A stretch of DNA of 63,981 nt, filler included, from a bacterium (lineage in GTDB: Bacteria > JBBIVP01), in the NCBI GenBank assembly GCA_037439705.1. It is 5 parts of 5 records of this genome, joined end to end, with 100 filler letters (N's around TTAATTAATTAA, not from the genome) between each part and the next. Parts side by side here need not be neighbours in the genome. Positions count along the whole stretch, not along the records: positions 1 to 14,503 come from JBBIVP010000032.1; 4 more parts are not named here. The stretch is one strand, 5' to 3'. A program made the position numbers and the translations under genes. Positions 1 through 11,641 of this stretch are shown in pieces (position 1 is the first letter of the stretch; every line of letters begins with the position of its first letter). The notes under the pieces are model-generated. The model searched no databases. It worked only from the letters and a program-made list of their open reading frames with translations, and was not told the origin of the DNA.

Positions 1-1
1 C

Positions 2-448
2 CTTCAGGTAAACTCACCACAGATTAAATCCAGAGCAGAAGAAATAACAAATGGGATTGAAGACAACCTGGAAAAGGCAAAAAGGATATATGAATGGGTT
101 TATAAGAATGTAAAAAAGGAAGCGTCATTCACTGTTCCGTCCGCTCTTGATGTCCTGAACTCCATGAAGGGAGACTGCAATGAACATGCTGTTCTATTTA
201 CCACTCTTGCAAGAGCAGCAGGAGTTCCAGCAAGGATAGCAGTGGGACTTGTTCAACAGGGAGATTTCCTGTTCTATCATGCATGGGCTGAGATATTTTA
301 CAGAGAGTGGATACCCGTTGACCCAACCCTCGGACAGTTTCCGGCGGATCTCAGCCACATAAAACTTGGCGAGGGAGGAATATCTGAATGGATTGAAGCG
401 GTAAAAGGGCTTGGAAAAATAAAGGTTGAAGTGATAAAAGCAGAATGA
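2..448 (+). CDS. Transglutaminase-like domain protein (5'-partial)
   Basis: Frame is open from the window start. Cys-His-Asp triad motifs GDCNEHA, HAWAE and VDPT. Confidence 0.85.
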   Translation, partial: LQVNSPQIKSRAEEITNGIEDNLEKAKRIYEWVYKNVKKEASFTVPSALDVLNSMKGDCNEHAVLFTTLARAAGVPARIAVGLVQQGDFLFYHAWAEIFYREWIPVDPTLGQFPADLSHIKLGEGGISEWIEAVKGLGKIKVEVIKAE

Positions 449-1179
449 TTCTTATTGAAAACCTGACGAAGGAATTCGGAAAAACAAGAGCCATAGATTC
501 ACTCAACCTTGAAATAAAAGATGGAGAGATTTTCGGGTTCCTTGGACCCAATGGCGCTGGAAAGACAACAACCCTGAAAATAATGTCCGGACTCTTAAAA
601 CCAACCTCCGGAAGGGTTCTCATAAATGGACTGGATGTCTGGAAAGAACCGGAAAAGGTAAAAAAAATTATAGGATTTGTTCCGGACAAACCATTCGTGT
701 ATGGAAAACTCACCGGAAGAGAATTTTTAAACTTCATCTCAGAAATTTATGGGGTTGAAGATGAAAGGGAGAAAAGAATAGAAGAGATGCTTGAACTCTT
801 TGACCTTTCTGAGTGGGCAGATGAACTTGTTGAAAGTTATTCGCACGGCATGAAACAGAGACTTGTTATGGCAGGAGCATTCCTTCACAATCCTTCTGTC
901 TTCATAGTGGATGAACCGATGATTGGACTTGACCCTGTTGGAATAAGGATGCTGAAAAACCTTTTCAAGAAAATGCAGGAGATGAACAGAATAGTTTTCA
1001 TGTCAACACACATCCTTGAGATTGCCGAAGAGGTGTGCTCAAGAATAGGCATTATAAACAATGGCAAATTGATCGCAGAAGGCACACTGGATGAACTGAG
1101 AAAGAAAGCAAAAACCGAATCGCCCGACCTTGAAACAATTTTCCTTAAACTTACCGGCAAAGAAATTCCGATAAAGTGA
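445..1179 (+). CDS. ABC transporter ATP-binding protein (ABC-2 type)
   Basis: Walker A GPNGAGKTT, signature YSHGMKQ, Walker B FIVDEP. ATGA overlap with the upstream gene. Confidence 0.93.
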   Translation: MILIENLTKEFGKTRAIDSLNLEIKDGEIFGFLGPNGAGKTTTLKIMSGLLKPTSGRVLINGLDVWKEPEKVKKIIGFVPDKPFVYGKLTGREFLNFISEIYGVEDEREKRIEEMLELFDLSEWADELVESYSHGMKQRLVMAGAFLHNPSVFIVDEPMIGLDPVGIRMLKNLFKKMQEMNRIVFMSTHILEIAEEVCSRIGIINNGKLIAEGTLDELRKKAKTESPDLETIFLKLTGKEIPIK

Positions 1180-2861
1180 TAAAGAAAATCACCTTACCTT
1201 TATTAAAGTCTATCCTGAGAAAGATAAAACCAAAAAGTAGGGGCGAGTTTTTGAAATTTTTCAGTGTAATTTTTGTGGCATTGCTCATATTCGGGGTATC
1301 ATTCTGGGCAATGACAAAGCTCCTTATCTATTTTCGTTCCATAGAAATAGTTGGAGAAATCCTCGCGAGAAAGGTTTTCTCAATTATTTATCTCTCATTT
1401 TTCTTCGTCCTCATAATGAGCAACTCAATAACAGCATTCTCTACCTATTTCTTTTCAGAGGACCTGAACCTTTTAAAATTTTCACCCGTTCCCATTTATG
1501 ACCTCTTTCTATCAAGATTTATCTATACCCTCATCATCAGTTCCTATCTTGTCATGTTCTTTTTTCTCCCCGTTCTCTTCTCCTACGGATATGTTTATAA
1601 AGCAGGAATAATCTACTACCTCGTCTCAATACCAGTCTTTTTCATTTTTCTCCTCATTCCCTGTGCTATCGGCTCCTCAATCTCTTTTCTTCTCGTTTCC
1701 ATCTTTCCTGCGAGAAGGGCAAGGGATTTTCTGTTTATCACAGCAATGCTTTTCGGCGTAGCCCTTTATATTCTCATAAGGGTCTTGAGACCCGAAAGGC
1801 TTGTTGACCCTGAAAGGTTCAGAGACCTCGCCAATTACATCTCATCCCTTTATATGCCCGAAAAGTTTTATCTTCCATCCTTCTGGCTCACAAAAATAAG
1901 CTTTGATGCACTTAAAGGAGAAATAAATTCTGGATTTCTTTTGCTTCTCTTAACCGGCTCCATTTCTCTGACATATCTAACAATGCTCCTTTACGGAACA
2001 ACAGATAAAGTTGCATGGTCAAAAGCGCAGGAGGCAAGAGGAGCTCCAATTACCCGTTCAACGATTTTCAACAGGATTCTTGACTTTCTCATCCGTCCTG
2101 CGGGAAGAACATTCAGGGCATTTCTCTTAAAGGACACCAAAACATTCTTCAGGGACACTGCCCAGTGGTCTCAGATTTTTCTTCTGGCTGCACTCATAGC
2201 GGTATATCTCTACAATTATTATGTCCTTCCCCTTGACAGACTTCCCTTTCCGACATTTTACATGCAAAATTTTATAGCGTTTGTCAATAAAGGTCTTGCG
2301 GGTTTCGTGGTGGCCGCTGTTGCCACAAGGTTCCTCTATTCTGCTGTCAGCCTTGAAGGAGAAGGTATATGGATTGTAAAAGGAGCACCCATTTCGGCAG
2401 GAAAATTTTTGCTGAGCAAAGCAATAATAGGTTTCATTCCGCTGTTTATCCTCGCTGAAATTCTAATCATCGCCACAAACATTCTGCTTCACACCACAAA
2501 ATTTATGATGGTTATATCCGCAGTCCACATTGCAATAATAGTCACCGGACTTGTTAGCCTCGGGATTGGAATAGGAACCATGTATCCGAATTTCAAATAT
2601 GAAAATGTTGCCCAGATACCAATGAGCTACGGTGGATTTATATACATGGTTTTAAGCCTCCTTTATGTCGGAGCCTCAGTTCTTATAAGCGCTGTCCCCA
2701 TCTACACATTCTTTAAACTCATTCTGAAAATGAAGGTTTATCCCTATCAAATTTTCATAAGCATCATTTTTATTATACTTCTCATAGCTCTTCATTTAGA
2801 GGTAATATACCGGTTCTTCAGAATGGGAGAAAAGGCTTTTGAATCTCTTGAGGTCTCATAA
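1176..2861 (+). CDS. Putative ABC exporter permease
   Basis: 561 aa with many hydrophobic segments; coupled to the ATPase gene. Confidence 0.8.
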   Translation: MIKKITLPLLKSILRKIKPKSRGEFLKFFSVIFVALLIFGVSFWAMTKLLIYFRSIEIVGEILARKVFSIIYLSFFFVLIMSNSITAFSTYFFSEDLNLLKFSPVPIYDLFLSRFIYTLIISSYLVMFFFLPVLFSYGYVYKAGIIYYLVSIPVFFIFLLIPCAIGSSISFLLVSIFPARRARDFLFITAMLFGVALYILIRVLRPERLVDPERFRDLANYISSLYMPEKFYLPSFWLTKISFDALKGEINSGFLLLLLTGSISLTYLTMLLYGTTDKVAWSKAQEARGAPITRSTIFNRILDFLIRPAGRTFRAFLLKDTKTFFRDTAQWSQIFLLAALIAVYLYNYYVLPLDRLPFPTFYMQNFIAFVNKGLAGFVVAAVATRFLYSAVSLEGEGIWIVKGAPISAGKFLLSKAIIGFIPLFILAEILIIATNILLHTTKFMMVISAVHIAIIVTGLVSLGIGIGTMYPNFKYENVAQIPMSYGGFIYMVLSLLYVGASVLISAVPIYTFFKLILKMKVYPYQIFISIIFIILLIALHLEVIYRFFRMGEKAFESLEVS

Positions 2862-2983
2862 ATCGCTGGCTTGAGGTCAGGGATTGAATTTTCATCATTA
2901 ATTCATCAGTGAATTTTTCTAAATATCTTTGCATTCTGGTATTGCCTTAGCTTTTTAGTTTTTATTTCCTTTTTTATCCATAA

Positions 2984-2992
2984 TGGTATAAT
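2984..2992 (+). promoter_or_regulatory. Extended -10 promoter of mlaE (candidate leaderless)
   Basis: TGGTATAAT ends 6 nt before ATG 2999; no Shine-Dalgarno. Confidence 0.6.
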
Positions 2993-2998
2993 AATCCC

Positions 2999-3760
2999 AT
3001 GAACCTGAACGCTGCTGAAAAAATCTTCAGAGAGATAGGAAGGGGATGGCTACTTTTCAAGGACTCTATGGCCAGATTAGGAAAAAAGCCTTTCTACCGG
3101 GATGAATTCTTTACACAGATGGATTACATCGGTGTTTCATCCATTCCCATAATAATACTCACAGGACTCTTTTCAGGAATGGTCATCGCCATAAACACTG
3201 CTTATTCTCTTGAAATGTTTGGTGTAAAGGCTTATATAGGAAAAGGAGTTGCCATAGCTCAGGTAAGAGAACTCGGACCGGTTATAGGAGCGCTCATGGT
3301 AAACGGAAGGGTTGGAGCAGGAATTGCTGCTGAGATTGCATCAATGGTTATTACAGAGCAGGTTGAAGCAATGAGGGCTTTAGGAGTTGACCCTTTAAGG
3401 AAACTCGTCCTTCCAAGAATTCTTGCGGGAATGATTTCAATGCCCCTTTTAACAATAATAACTGACATAGCAGGAATTGTTGGAGGAGGAATTATTACTG
3501 TTTTTTTCCTGAAACTTTCAGCGGCCTTTTACTTTTCATCAGCGCTGGAAATTCTTGATCACCAGGACATAATTATAGGTCTTACAAAACCATTCTTTTT
3601 CGGGCTGATTATAACTGCCTGCTCGTGCTACATGGGAATGAGCGCCTACGGAGGACCACAGGGCGTTGGAAAGGCTACAACGAGAGCGGTTGTAGTTTCT
3701 TCAATCCTCGTTCTCTTTGCAGACTTCCTCCTCGCAAAGTTTTTCTTCTGGATATTCTAA
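2999..3760 (+). CDS. mlaE: MlaE-family ABC permease
   Basis: RELGPV...GRVGAGIAAE...EQVEAM and GVGKATT motifs. Confidence 0.92.
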   Translation: MNLNAAEKIFREIGRGWLLFKDSMARLGKKPFYRDEFFTQMDYIGVSSIPIIILTGLFSGMVIAINTAYSLEMFGVKAYIGKGVAIAQVRELGPVIGALMVNGRVGAGIAAEIASMVITEQVEAMRALGVDPLRKLVLPRILAGMISMPLLTIITDIAGIVGGGIITVFFLKLSAAFYFSSALEILDHQDIIIGLTKPFFFGLIITACSCYMGMSAYGGPQGVGKATTRAVVVSSILVLFADFLLAKFFFWIF

Positions 3761-3762
3761 AA

Positions 3763-4485
3763 ATGGAGGAAGTCATAAGGTTTGAAAATGTGGTTTACAG
3801 AATCCAGAAAAAGAGGGTCATTGACAGAATCTCGTTCAGCGTTCAAAGAGGGGAAACAAAGGTTATCCTTGGAGGAAGCGGAGGCGGAAAAACCACCATT
3901 TTAAGACTCATTTTGGGTCTAATCACTCCGGATAGTGGAAGCATCTATCTCTTTGGAAAGGACATAACAAAAATGGAAGAGGAAGAGATTAATGAAATGA
4001 GAAAGAAGATAGGGATGGTTTTTCAATCTGGCGCTCTTTTTGAATCCCTTACTGTGGAGGAAAATGTTTCTTATCCCCTTGTTGAAATGGGCTTTCCTGA
4101 TGATAAAATAAAAAAGAAAGTGAAAGAAGTGCTTGAACTTTTAAATCTTTCAGAAACAGAAGATATGATGCCTTCTGAGCTCAGCGGAGGTATGAGAAAA
4201 AGAGTTGCTATAGCGAGGGCACTGATCACAAATCCTGAAGTAATGCTTTATGACGAACCAACCACGGGGGTTGACCCAATTCTTGCAAAAACAATAATTG
4301 AACACATAAAAAAGTTGAAGGAGGAACTGAAAGTGACTTCTGTTGTAGTAACCCACGAATTGAAATATGCTTTTATGATAGGAGATAGTTTTGCTATGCT
4401 TAAGGAAGGGAAAATTGTATTTGATGGCTCAAAGGAAGAACTTATTGAGTTTAAAGACGATTATGTGAGGGCATTTGTATCATGA
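3763..4485 (+). CDS. mlaF: MlaF-family ABC ATPase
   Basis: GGSGGGKTT, FQSGALF, LSGGMRKR, YDEPT. Start moved to ATG 3763, just after the mlaE stop. Confidence 0.92.
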   Translation: MEEVIRFENVVYRIQKKRVIDRISFSVQRGETKVILGGSGGGKTTILRLILGLITPDSGSIYLFGKDITKMEEEEINEMRKKIGMVFQSGALFESLTVEENVSYPLVEMGFPDDKIKKKVKEVLELLNLSETEDMMPSELSGGMRKRVAIARALITNPEVMLYDEPTTGVDPILAKTIIEHIKKLKEELKVTSVVVTHELKYAFMIGDSFAMLKEGKIVFDGSKEELIEFKDDYVRAFVS

Positions 4486-5363
4486 AGAAAAAAGAATACA
4501 TATCTATTCACGAGTTCAGGGTTGGGATATTTGTAACGGTTGCAGTAGTTGCACTTACTGCCGTTATAGTAATGATGAGCGGAAAGTTCGGATTTTTCGC
4601 GAGGACAATAGAGATAGAGGCTGAATTTGATAATGTGGGAGGTCTCATAGAAGGGGCTCCTGTTTTCTTCTCCGGTGTGGAAGTTGGAAAGGTAAGCAAA
4701 GTTTATCTCCTCCCGGATGGAAATGTAAAGGTAAGAATGAAAATCCTTCAAAGGGAATCCGTTAAAATACCAAGGGATTCAGTAGCTACCCTGAGAACAA
4801 TGGGGGTTCTCGGAGATGTGGTTGTGGAGCTTCAAAAGGGTGTCTCATGGAAGTCAGTAAAAAACGGAGATTTGATTTCAGGAACTCCAATGAAAACAAT
4901 ACCACAGGCATTTGAAGTATTCGGAGTTCTCGCCCAGAAGATGGCAGATGCAGTGGACAGTTTAAAAGTAATTGCAACTTCAATCTCAGAAGGCAAGGGG
5001 TCCCTCGGAAAATTCATAAACGACCCATCGCTTTATAACAAATTCCTTTCTACCATATCCGAGCTTGAATCAAGCATTAAGGATGTAAAATCTGTAACAG
5101 AGGATATAAAAAACGCAGTTTCAAAGTTTTCTCCAGAAAAAACTGCTGAGGATTTCAGAAAGACAGTGGAAAACCTTGAAAAGCTAACAAAAAGACTGGA
5201 AGAATTCTCAAAATCTCTTGAATCAAAGGACGGCACCCTTTCTAAACTTTTAACAGAAGACAAAATGTATAAAGACCTGCTCGGAGCAATAAATGAACTG
5301 AAAGAACTGATAGCAGACATTAAAAAGAATCCAAAGAAATATATGAACATAAAAATTTTCTGA
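4482..5363 (+). CDS. mlaD: MlaD/MCE-family protein with long helical tail
   Basis: N-terminal TM, MCE motif GL..GAPV..SGVEVGKV, coiled-coil C-terminus. Confidence 0.88.
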   Translation: MKKKEYISIHEFRVGIFVTVAVVALTAVIVMMSGKFGFFARTIEIEAEFDNVGGLIEGAPVFFSGVEVGKVSKVYLLPDGNVKVRMKILQRESVKIPRDSVATLRTMGVLGDVVVELQKGVSWKSVKNGDLISGTPMKTIPQAFEVFGVLAQKMADAVDSLKVIATSISEGKGSLGKFINDPSLYNKFLSTISELESSIKDVKSVTEDIKNAVSKFSPEKTAEDFRKTVENLEKLTKRLEEFSKSLESKDGTLSKLLTEDKMYKDLLGAINELKELIADIKKNPKKYMNIKIF

Positions 5364-5365
5364 AT

Positions 5366-6343
5366 TTATCCAAACCTTACATGATTTTTGGAAGTAAATT
5401 TCAGAATTTTCTCCATCCTTTCTGACGATGGAACACAGCTGTATTTCAAGAAATCCTTGTTTATGGGATAATAAAAATCAGTAATCCCGAGTTTCCACTG
5501 TATTGAGTTTATCATAGAAAGAACAAAAGGTGGAACGGGAATCACTTTTCTTTTATTCAATCTCAAAAATGTAGAAAGAGGCGCAGTTTCCTTTCCTTTT
5601 ATGTTAAACACGCCTCTGACATTTGTGTGAACAGCGTATTGAATCGCATTGACCACATCTCTTGAATGAATGAGGTTTATTACCGGGTCAAATCCCAAGT
5701 GTTTGAACACAATTCTTTGATTAAGATATATGTTCATCTGAGAATTTATATTTCTTCCTATAATATGAGGAAACCTCAAAACAACTATATCCATTTTGTC
5801 ATTTTCCATAGCTGCTCTGCACAGCATATCTGCATCCACTCTATCTTTTATCCACTGTGGCGCCTGAGGGTCAAAATTCAGGTCCCAGCTTTCATTGATT
5901 ATAGCAGGTGAATTGTTTTTGAGTTTATAAACATATATTGTGCTTTTAAAAACAAATTTTTTTATCCCTTTTGTATTCAGGCACATATCAAGAAGATTTT
6001 TTGTTCCTTCTACATTAAGTGTATGAGGGTCAAGGTCCCTCCTTGAAACCTCCTCCACAAAAGCAAGATGAACCACTGTGTTTATGTTTGCGTTCCTGAA
6101 TTCAGAAGAAATGAAAAGATTGTGGAGCTCCCTGTATTTCAGAATATCAACCTTCATATATATAAATCTGGATGGACTGTAATCGTTGAAATAATAGGGC
6201 TTGTCAATTCTTCCAATTCCTATAATTTTTCCAACCCTTTTATCAAAATAGAATTGTTCAGCAACCATCCTCCCCGTTGTGCTCGTTACCCCCGTAATGA
6301 AAATGTTCTTCCTCGCATTTCTTGTTGAGTTTTTTTTCTTCAT
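5366..6343 (-). CDS. Extended SDR / NAD-dependent epimerase-like protein, degenerate motifs
   Basis: Rossmann start IFITGVTSTTG, VVHLA, NVEGT..LL. No canonical YxxxK. Confidence 0.75.
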   Translation of the reverse strand: MKKKNSTRNARKNIFITGVTSTTGRMVAEQFYFDKRVGKIIGIGRIDKPYYFNDYSPSRFIYMKVDILKYRELHNLFISSEFRNANINTVVHLAFVEEVSRRDLDPHTLNVEGTKNLLDMCLNTKGIKKFVFKSTIYVYKLKNNSPAIINESWDLNFDPQAPQWIKDRVDADMLCRAAMENDKMDIVVLRFPHIIGRNINSQMNIYLNQRIVFKHLGFDPVINLIHSRDVVNAIQYAVHTNVRGVFNIKGKETAPLSTFLRLNKRKVIPVPPFVLSMINSIQWKLGITDFYYPINKDFLKYSCVPSSERMEKILKFTSKNHVRFG

Positions 6344-6344
6344 T

Positions 6345-7226
6345 TTAAAAGAATATTCTCTTTCTTTTCTTTAATCCCTGATTTATCATCTCCTGAATTA
6401 CCTTCTGAACATGGTCTGCGAGCCTTCTCATCAGTTCAGGGTCTTCTGCCGAGCCAGGAGGATGTTTTTTATAAAACTCTATTGGTTTTCCGTAGTATAT
6501 GTAATACCTTGAAGGAAGTGGAATTAATCCGAGGAGACCGAGCCAGGGGAATGTAGGCGTGACAGGAATGTATGGAAATCCGAGAAGTCTTCCCAGCCAT
6601 CTTATTTTTCCTATCTGGGGAAATTGTTCTTCTGCTCCTATAACTGCAACAGGAATAATTGGTGCCTGATATTTTATGGAAAGTTCAACAAATCCCACAT
6701 TGAAACGAACAAGTTTATATCTTTGAGAAAATGGTTTACCTATACCTTTTGTCCCCTCCGGAAATACTCCAACGAGCTCATCAGCCTTAAGAAGTTCTTC
6801 CATGTTCTCCCTTGAACCTATTACAGAACCGCCTCTGTAAATAAAAAGATTGATATATGGAAGAGAAGCCGCAAAGTGGTCCACTATTCCCCTTGCTATT
6901 CTTGGAGGATTTGCATGTTTCATCACATCAATGGCAATCATTATGAAATCAATCGGAATCATCCCGCTGTGATTGGCAACAAGCATTGCTCTTCCTTTCT
7001 TCGGAATGTTTTTATGACCCTCGCTTTTTACCCTGAACCAGTATGTGTAGAGAAGGTTGAAAAAGAGGTAATAGGCTAAAGCGCTTTCAGGTTCAAAGCC
7101 GAATTTATCATACCCAAATCCCTCATCTTTCACTTGGGTTTTCAGAGAAAGCAGACGCTCTATCTCTTCCTTTGTAAGAATTTTTTCACCTATCTTCCTA
7201 ACCAGATTTCTCTGTCTCTCATTCAT
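6345..7226 (-). CDS. PlsC-family phospholipid/glycerol acyltransferase
   Basis: NHSGMIPID and FPEG motifs. Confidence 0.88.
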   Translation of the reverse strand: MNERQRNLVRKIGEKILTKEEIERLLSLKTQVKDEGFGYDKFGFEPESALAYYLFFNLLYTYWFRVKSEGHKNIPKKGRAMLVANHSGMIPIDFIMIAIDVMKHANPPRIARGIVDHFAASLPYINLFIYRGGSVIGSRENMEELLKADELVGVFPEGTKGIGKPFSQRYKLVRFNVGFVELSIKYQAPIIPVAVIGAEEQFPQIGKIRWLGRLLGFPYIPVTPTFPWLGLLGLIPLPSRYYIYYGKPIEFYKKHPPGSAEDPELMRRLADHVQKVIQEMINQGLKKRKRIFF

Positions 7227-7246
7227 CTCTTTTCCTTTATAATTTT

Positions 7247-7275
7247 ATTTTAAATCACTCTTCCAAAAATGTCAA
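7247..7275 (-). promoter_or_regulatory. Sigma70-type promoter of the acyltransferase-SDR pair
   Basis: TTGACA-17 nt-TAAAAT on the minus strand, followed by AAGGA before ATG 7226. Confidence 0.7.
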
Positions 7276-7333
7276 TACATAACATCGCATTCAAAAAAAC
7301 CCCATTCCAAACCCCTCCACTTCATCTAATTAT

Positions 7334-9763
7334 TTATTGCGATGCGGAAGGAGAAGTCTCTACTAACTCCTCTTTTTTCTCAAATTGTAGTTCCTGGGAT
7401 ACTTTTCCTCTTCCTTTCCATATCTCGTCCGGAGATGCGTTGAGGGAAAATTCAAGGACTTCATCCATATGGCTCACAAGCTTTATCTCCAATGGCTCAA
7501 TGATTTTTTTCTCTATCTCAGAAAGTTCTTTTTCGTTTTCAATCGGTATTATAACCTTTTTTGTACCACCCCGAAGGGCAGCGAGAAGTTTTTCCTTTAA
7601 ACCTCCCACTGGCAAAACCCTTCCCCTCAAAGTTATTTCGCCTGTCATTGCCACATCGTGTCTTACAGGTATCTTTGTAAGAGCAGAAGCAAGAGCAACT
7701 GCCATAGTAATTCCAGCAGAAGGACCATCTTTTGGAATTGCTCCCTCAGGAAGGTGAATGTGAATATCAAATTTTGAATGAAAATCTTCCTCAATGCCGA
7801 GTTCCTTTGCCCTTGACCTTATGTAGGTCACTCCTGCCTGTGCTGATTCCCGCATAACCTCACCGAGTTTCCCTGTGAGTATGAGATTTCCCTTGCCGGG
7901 AACAACTGAAACCTCTGCCACAAGAATTTCTCCGCCACTTTCCGTCCAGGCAAGTCCATTTGCAATTCCAACTTTATCAACCTCCTCGGGTCTGCTGTGT
8001 CTGAACTTCGGAACCCCGAGATATTTCTCAACAGAATTTTCTCTTATGACTATATGCTTTTTAATCCCTTTCTCAACCTTCTCCTTCGCAACCTTCCTTA
8101 ATATGTTTCCTATCTCCCTTTCAAGATTCCTGACGCCGGATTCTTTGGTGTATTCCCTTATGATTTTCAGGATTGCAGAATGAGTAAAACTAATCTCCTC
8201 CTTACTCAAACCNNNNNNNNNNNNNNNNNNNNNNNNNATCGCTATCTCAAGTTTTTCATCCTCCGTATATCCGGGAAGCCTTATCACTTCCATCCTGTCA
8301 AGGAGAGGAGGAGAAATTGTATATATTACATTTGCTGTTGTTATAAAAAGGACATCTGAAAGGTCATAATCAACTTCTATATAATGGTCATTGAAAACAT
8401 GGTTCTGTTCAGGGTCAAGAACCTCAAGAAGTGCTGCTGCGGGGTCACCCCTGTAATCAATCCCTACCTTGTCAATCTCATCCATCAAAAATACAGGATT
8501 TCTTGTTCCAGCCTTTCTCATCCCATGAATTATCTTGCCTGGAAGGGCACCTATGTATGTCCGCCTGTGGCCCCTTATCTCAGCCTCGTCCCTTATTCCT
8601 CCGAGGGAAATGCGAACGAATTTCCTTCCTGTGGCTCTTGCAATTGATTTGGCAAGGGATGTTTTTCCTGTTCCTGGGGGACCAACAAAACAGAGAACAG
8701 GAGCCTTCATTTCTTTCTTTGCAAGAGCCCTTACAGCGAGGAATTCAAGAATTCTCTCCTTCGCCTTTTCAAGCCCGTAATGGTCCTCATCAAGAATTTT
8801 TTTTGCTTCCTTTATGTCAAGTTTTTCCTTTGTCCTCTCCTTCCATGGAATGGAAAGAAGCCAGTCAATATAATTTCTTGAAACGGTTGCCTCAGCAGAA
8901 AGTGGAGACATCATCTTGAGTTTCTTTATCTCTCTTTCAACCTTCTCCTTCACCTTTTTAGGCATTTTCTTCTTTTTGAGGAGCGCCTCAAATTCCTCAA
9001 TCTCCTGTTTGTAATCATCCTTTTCACCAAGTTCTTTCTGAATAGCCTTCATCTGTTCGGTGAGATAGTATTCCTTCTGCGCCCTCTCCATCTGTTTCTT
9101 TACCCTCTGTCTAATCCTTTCTTCTATCTCAAGAATTTCAATTTCTCCCTGAAGGAGTTTTAATATCATCTCAAGCCTTTTGTTTACATTCTGTTCTTCA
9201 AGAACTGCCTGCCTGTCGGGGAATTTTAAAATCATCTGCGCCACAATCACATCTGATAATATAGAAGGATTGGATATGTTTGATATTGAAACAAGAGCCT
9301 CGGGCGGAATTTTTGGATTGACTTTTGTATATCTTTCAAAGCTTTGAATAACTGCCCTCATTAAAGCTTCTGTTTCCTGGTCGTTCGGATTTATCTCAAC
9401 GAGTTCCTCTGCTTCCACCATTATATGTGTTTGCACATCTACAATCCTGTGAGCATAACCCCTCTTTTTCCCTTCAACAAAAACCTTTAATGTTGTATCA
9501 GGAAGCCGCAGAACATTGGATATAGTAGCAAAAACTCCAACCCTGAAGAGGTCTTCGGGTTTGGGGTCATTTATCTGGGCATCTTTCTGAGCAAGCAAAA
9601 ATAGATGTTTACCAAGTTTTAAAGATTCCTCAATAGATTTTATTGACTTCTCCCTTCCGATGAGAAGAGGGAGGGTCATTCTCGGAAACACCACGACATC
9701 CCTTAATGGAATAAGTGGCAGAAAATACTTTTTTCCTGTTCCAATAAATTTTTTTTCTTCCAT
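7334..9763 (-). CDS. lon: ATP-dependent protease La
   Basis: LON N-domain, [17 protein letters not shown] catalytic Ser. Contains a 25-nt N gap. Confidence 0.97.
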   Translation of the reverse strand: MEEKKFIGTGKKYFLPLIPLRDVVVFPRMTLPLLIGREKSIKSIEESLKLGKHLFLLAQKDAQINDPKPEDLFRVGVFATISNVLRLPDTTLKVFVEGKKRGYAHRIVDVQTHIMVEAEELVEINPNDQETEALMRAVIQSFERYTKVNPKIPPEALVSISNISNPSILSDVIVAQMILKFPDRQAVLEEQNVNKRLEMILKLLQGEIEILEIEERIRQRVKKQMERAQKEYYLTEQMKAIQKELGEKDDYKQEIEEFEALLKKKKMPKKVKEKVEREIKKLKMMSPLSAEATVSRNYIDWLLSIPWKERTKEKLDIKEAKKILDEDHYGLEKAKERILEFLAVRALAKKEMKAPVLCFVGPPGTGKTSLAKSIARATGRKFVRISLGGIRDEAEIRGHRRTYIGALPGKIIHGMRKAGTRNPVFLMDEIDKVGIDYRGDPAAALLEVLDPEQNHVFNDHYIEVDYDLSDVLFITTANVIYTISPPLLDRMEVIRLPGYTEDEKLEIAXXXXXXXXXGLSKEEISFTHSAILKIIREYTKESGVRNLEREIGNILRKVAKEKVEKGIKKHIVIRENSVEKYLGVPKFRHSRPEEVDKVGIANGLAWTESGGEILVAEVSVVPGKGNLILTGKLGEVMRESAQAGVTYIRSRAKELGIEEDFHSKFDIHIHLPEGAIPKDGPSAGITMAVALASALTKIPVRHDVAMTGEITLRGRVLPVGGLKEKLLAALRGGTKKVIIPIENEKELSEIEKKIIEPLEIKLVSHMDEVLEFSLNASPDEIWKGRGKVSQELQFEKKEELVETSPSASQ

Positions 9764-11019
9764 CAGGCTCCCTCACTTATCTTTCGCTCTCCCTTAATAA
9801 GAATCGGAGATGCAGAATTCAAAATCACATCTTCATTGATAATACATTCTTTTACCACTCCTCTCATATTGGGAATATCATACATTATATCAAGCATCTT
9901 CTCCTCAAAAATTGCACGAAGCCCTCTTGCTCCAGTTTTCTTTTTGATGGCAAGTTGGGCAATAGTTTGAAGTGCATCTTCCGTAAAAACGAGATTTATT
10001 CCCTCCAGTTCAAAAAGTTTTTGATATTGCTTCACAATAGCATTTTTTGGCTTGGTAAGTATTTCTATAAGTGCGTTTACATCAAGTTCATCAAGAACCG
10101 CTATTACAGGAAGTCTTCCAACAAATTCCGGGATGAGCCCATACTTTATCAAATCCTCTGGTTCAACCATAGCATAAAGTTCTCCCTTTGTATATTTCTT
10201 TTCTCCTTTCACCTCTTTCCCGAACCCGATGCTTCCCGTGGAAACCCTCTTCTCCACAATTTTTTCAAGTCCTTCAAAAGCACCACCACATATAAACAGG
10301 ATGTTGGTGGTATCCACAGGTATATAATCCTGATATGGATGTTTTCTCCCTCCCTTTGGAGGAACATGAGCAATCGTTCCTTCAAGAATTTTGAGAAGAG
10401 CCTGCTGAACCCCTTCTCCTGAAACATCCCTTGTTATAGATGGACTATCGCTTTTACGAGATATCTTATCTATCTCGTCAATATATACTATTCCCTTCTG
10501 AGCCCTTTCTATATCAAAATCCGCATTCTGCAGAAGGTAAAGAAGAATGTTCTCCACATCTTCGCCCACATACCCTGCTTCCGTAAGGGTGGTCGCATCA
10601 GCTATTGCAAAAGGAACATTCAAAAACTTCGCGAGGGTTTGGGCGAGAAGGGTTTTCCCGGTACCCGATGGTCCTATGAGAAGGATGTTGCTCTTCTGAA
10701 TCTCCACATCCTTTATTTGATTTACACTCTCAATCCTTTTGTAATGATTGTATACTGCAACTGACAAAATTTTCTTTGCCCTCTCCTGATTTATAACATA
10801 TTGGTCCAAAAATTTTTTTATCTGGACTGGCTTCGGGATTTTCTCGCTTATAACCTCACTTATTTCCTTTTCCCAATCTTCTAAAAGCAGGTCATTACAC
10901 AGTTCCACGCACTCATCACATATATAAACCGATGGACCCGCTATGAGTTTCTTAACTTCCTTCTGACTCTTACCGCAAAAAGAACATTTAACTAATTTAT
11001 CATCAAGTTTTCTTACCAT
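9763..11019 (-). CDS. clpX: ClpX ATPase
   Basis: Zn finger CSFC...[26 protein letters not shown] and IGF loop. Start placed at MVRK. Confidence 0.97.
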   Translation of the reverse strand: MVRKLDDKLVKCSFCGKSQKEVKKLIAGPSVYICDECVELCNDLLLEDWEKEISEVISEKIPKPVQIKKFLDQYVINQERAKKILSVAVYNHYKRIESVNQIKDVEIQKSNILLIGPSGTGKTLLAQTLAKFLNVPFAIADATTLTEAGYVGEDVENILLYLLQNADFDIERAQKGIVYIDEIDKISRKSDSPSITRDVSGEGVQQALLKILEGTIAHVPPKGGRKHPYQDYIPVDTTNILFICGGAFEGLEKIVEKRVSTGSIGFGKEVKGEKKYTKGELYAMVEPEDLIKYGLIPEFVGRLPVIAVLDELDVNALIEILTKPKNAIVKQYQKLFELEGINLVFTEDALQTIAQLAIKKKTGARGLRAIFEEKMLDIMYDIPNMRGVVKECIINEDVILNSASPILIKGERKISEGA

Positions 11020-11641
11020 TGTTTTTCTTCTCCCTGTTTCTTGAAAAAAGGATTTCATCTATAATTCCATACTTTTTCGCCTCATCAGGTCTCATAAAAT
11101 AATCCCTTTCAATGTCCTTTGCTATTTTTTCAAGTGTCTGACCTGTATGCTGTGCAAGAAGTTTTTTTACTTCTTCCTTTGTTTTTACGAATTCCCTTGC
11201 ATGAATTTCTATGTCTGTTGCCTGTCCACCCACAGAGCCCCATGGTTGATGAATGAGAATTCTTGAATGGGGAAGGGCAAATCTCTTGCCTTTTTCTCCA
11301 CCGGCAAGAAGTATCGCTGCCATACTTGCTGCTATCCCTACACATATAGTATAAACTGGCGATTTTATGTACTGCATTGTATCGTAAATTGCAAGACCCG
11401 ATGCCACATCACCTCCGTATGAATTTATATAAAGGTAAATCTCCTTCTCTGGCTCCTCTGCCTCAAGATAGAGCAGTTGCGCTATAACAAGATTGGCTGA
11501 CCACATATTTATTTCTCCACCTATGAATACAAAACTGTCTTTTAAACGCCTTGAATATATATCATAAGCCCTTTCCCCCCTGTGGGTCTGTTCTATAACA
11601 ATTGGGACGAGCTGGGAAACCTGCTTTTCAATCCCTTTCAT
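11003..11641 (-). CDS. clpP: ClpP protease subunit
   Basis: AASMAA, IHQP and ERDYF triad motifs; lies between tig and clpX. Confidence 0.96.
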   Translation of the reverse strand: MKGIEKQVSQLVPIVIEQTHRGERAYDIYSRRLKDSFVFIGGEINMWSANLVIAQLLYLEAEEPEKEIYLYINSYGGDVASGLAIYDTMQYIKSPVYTICVGIAASMAAILLAGGEKGKRFALPHSRILIHQPWGSVGGQATDIEIHAREFVKTKEEVKKLLAQHTGQTLEKIAKDIERDYFMRPDEAKKYGIIDEILFSRNREKKNNGKKT

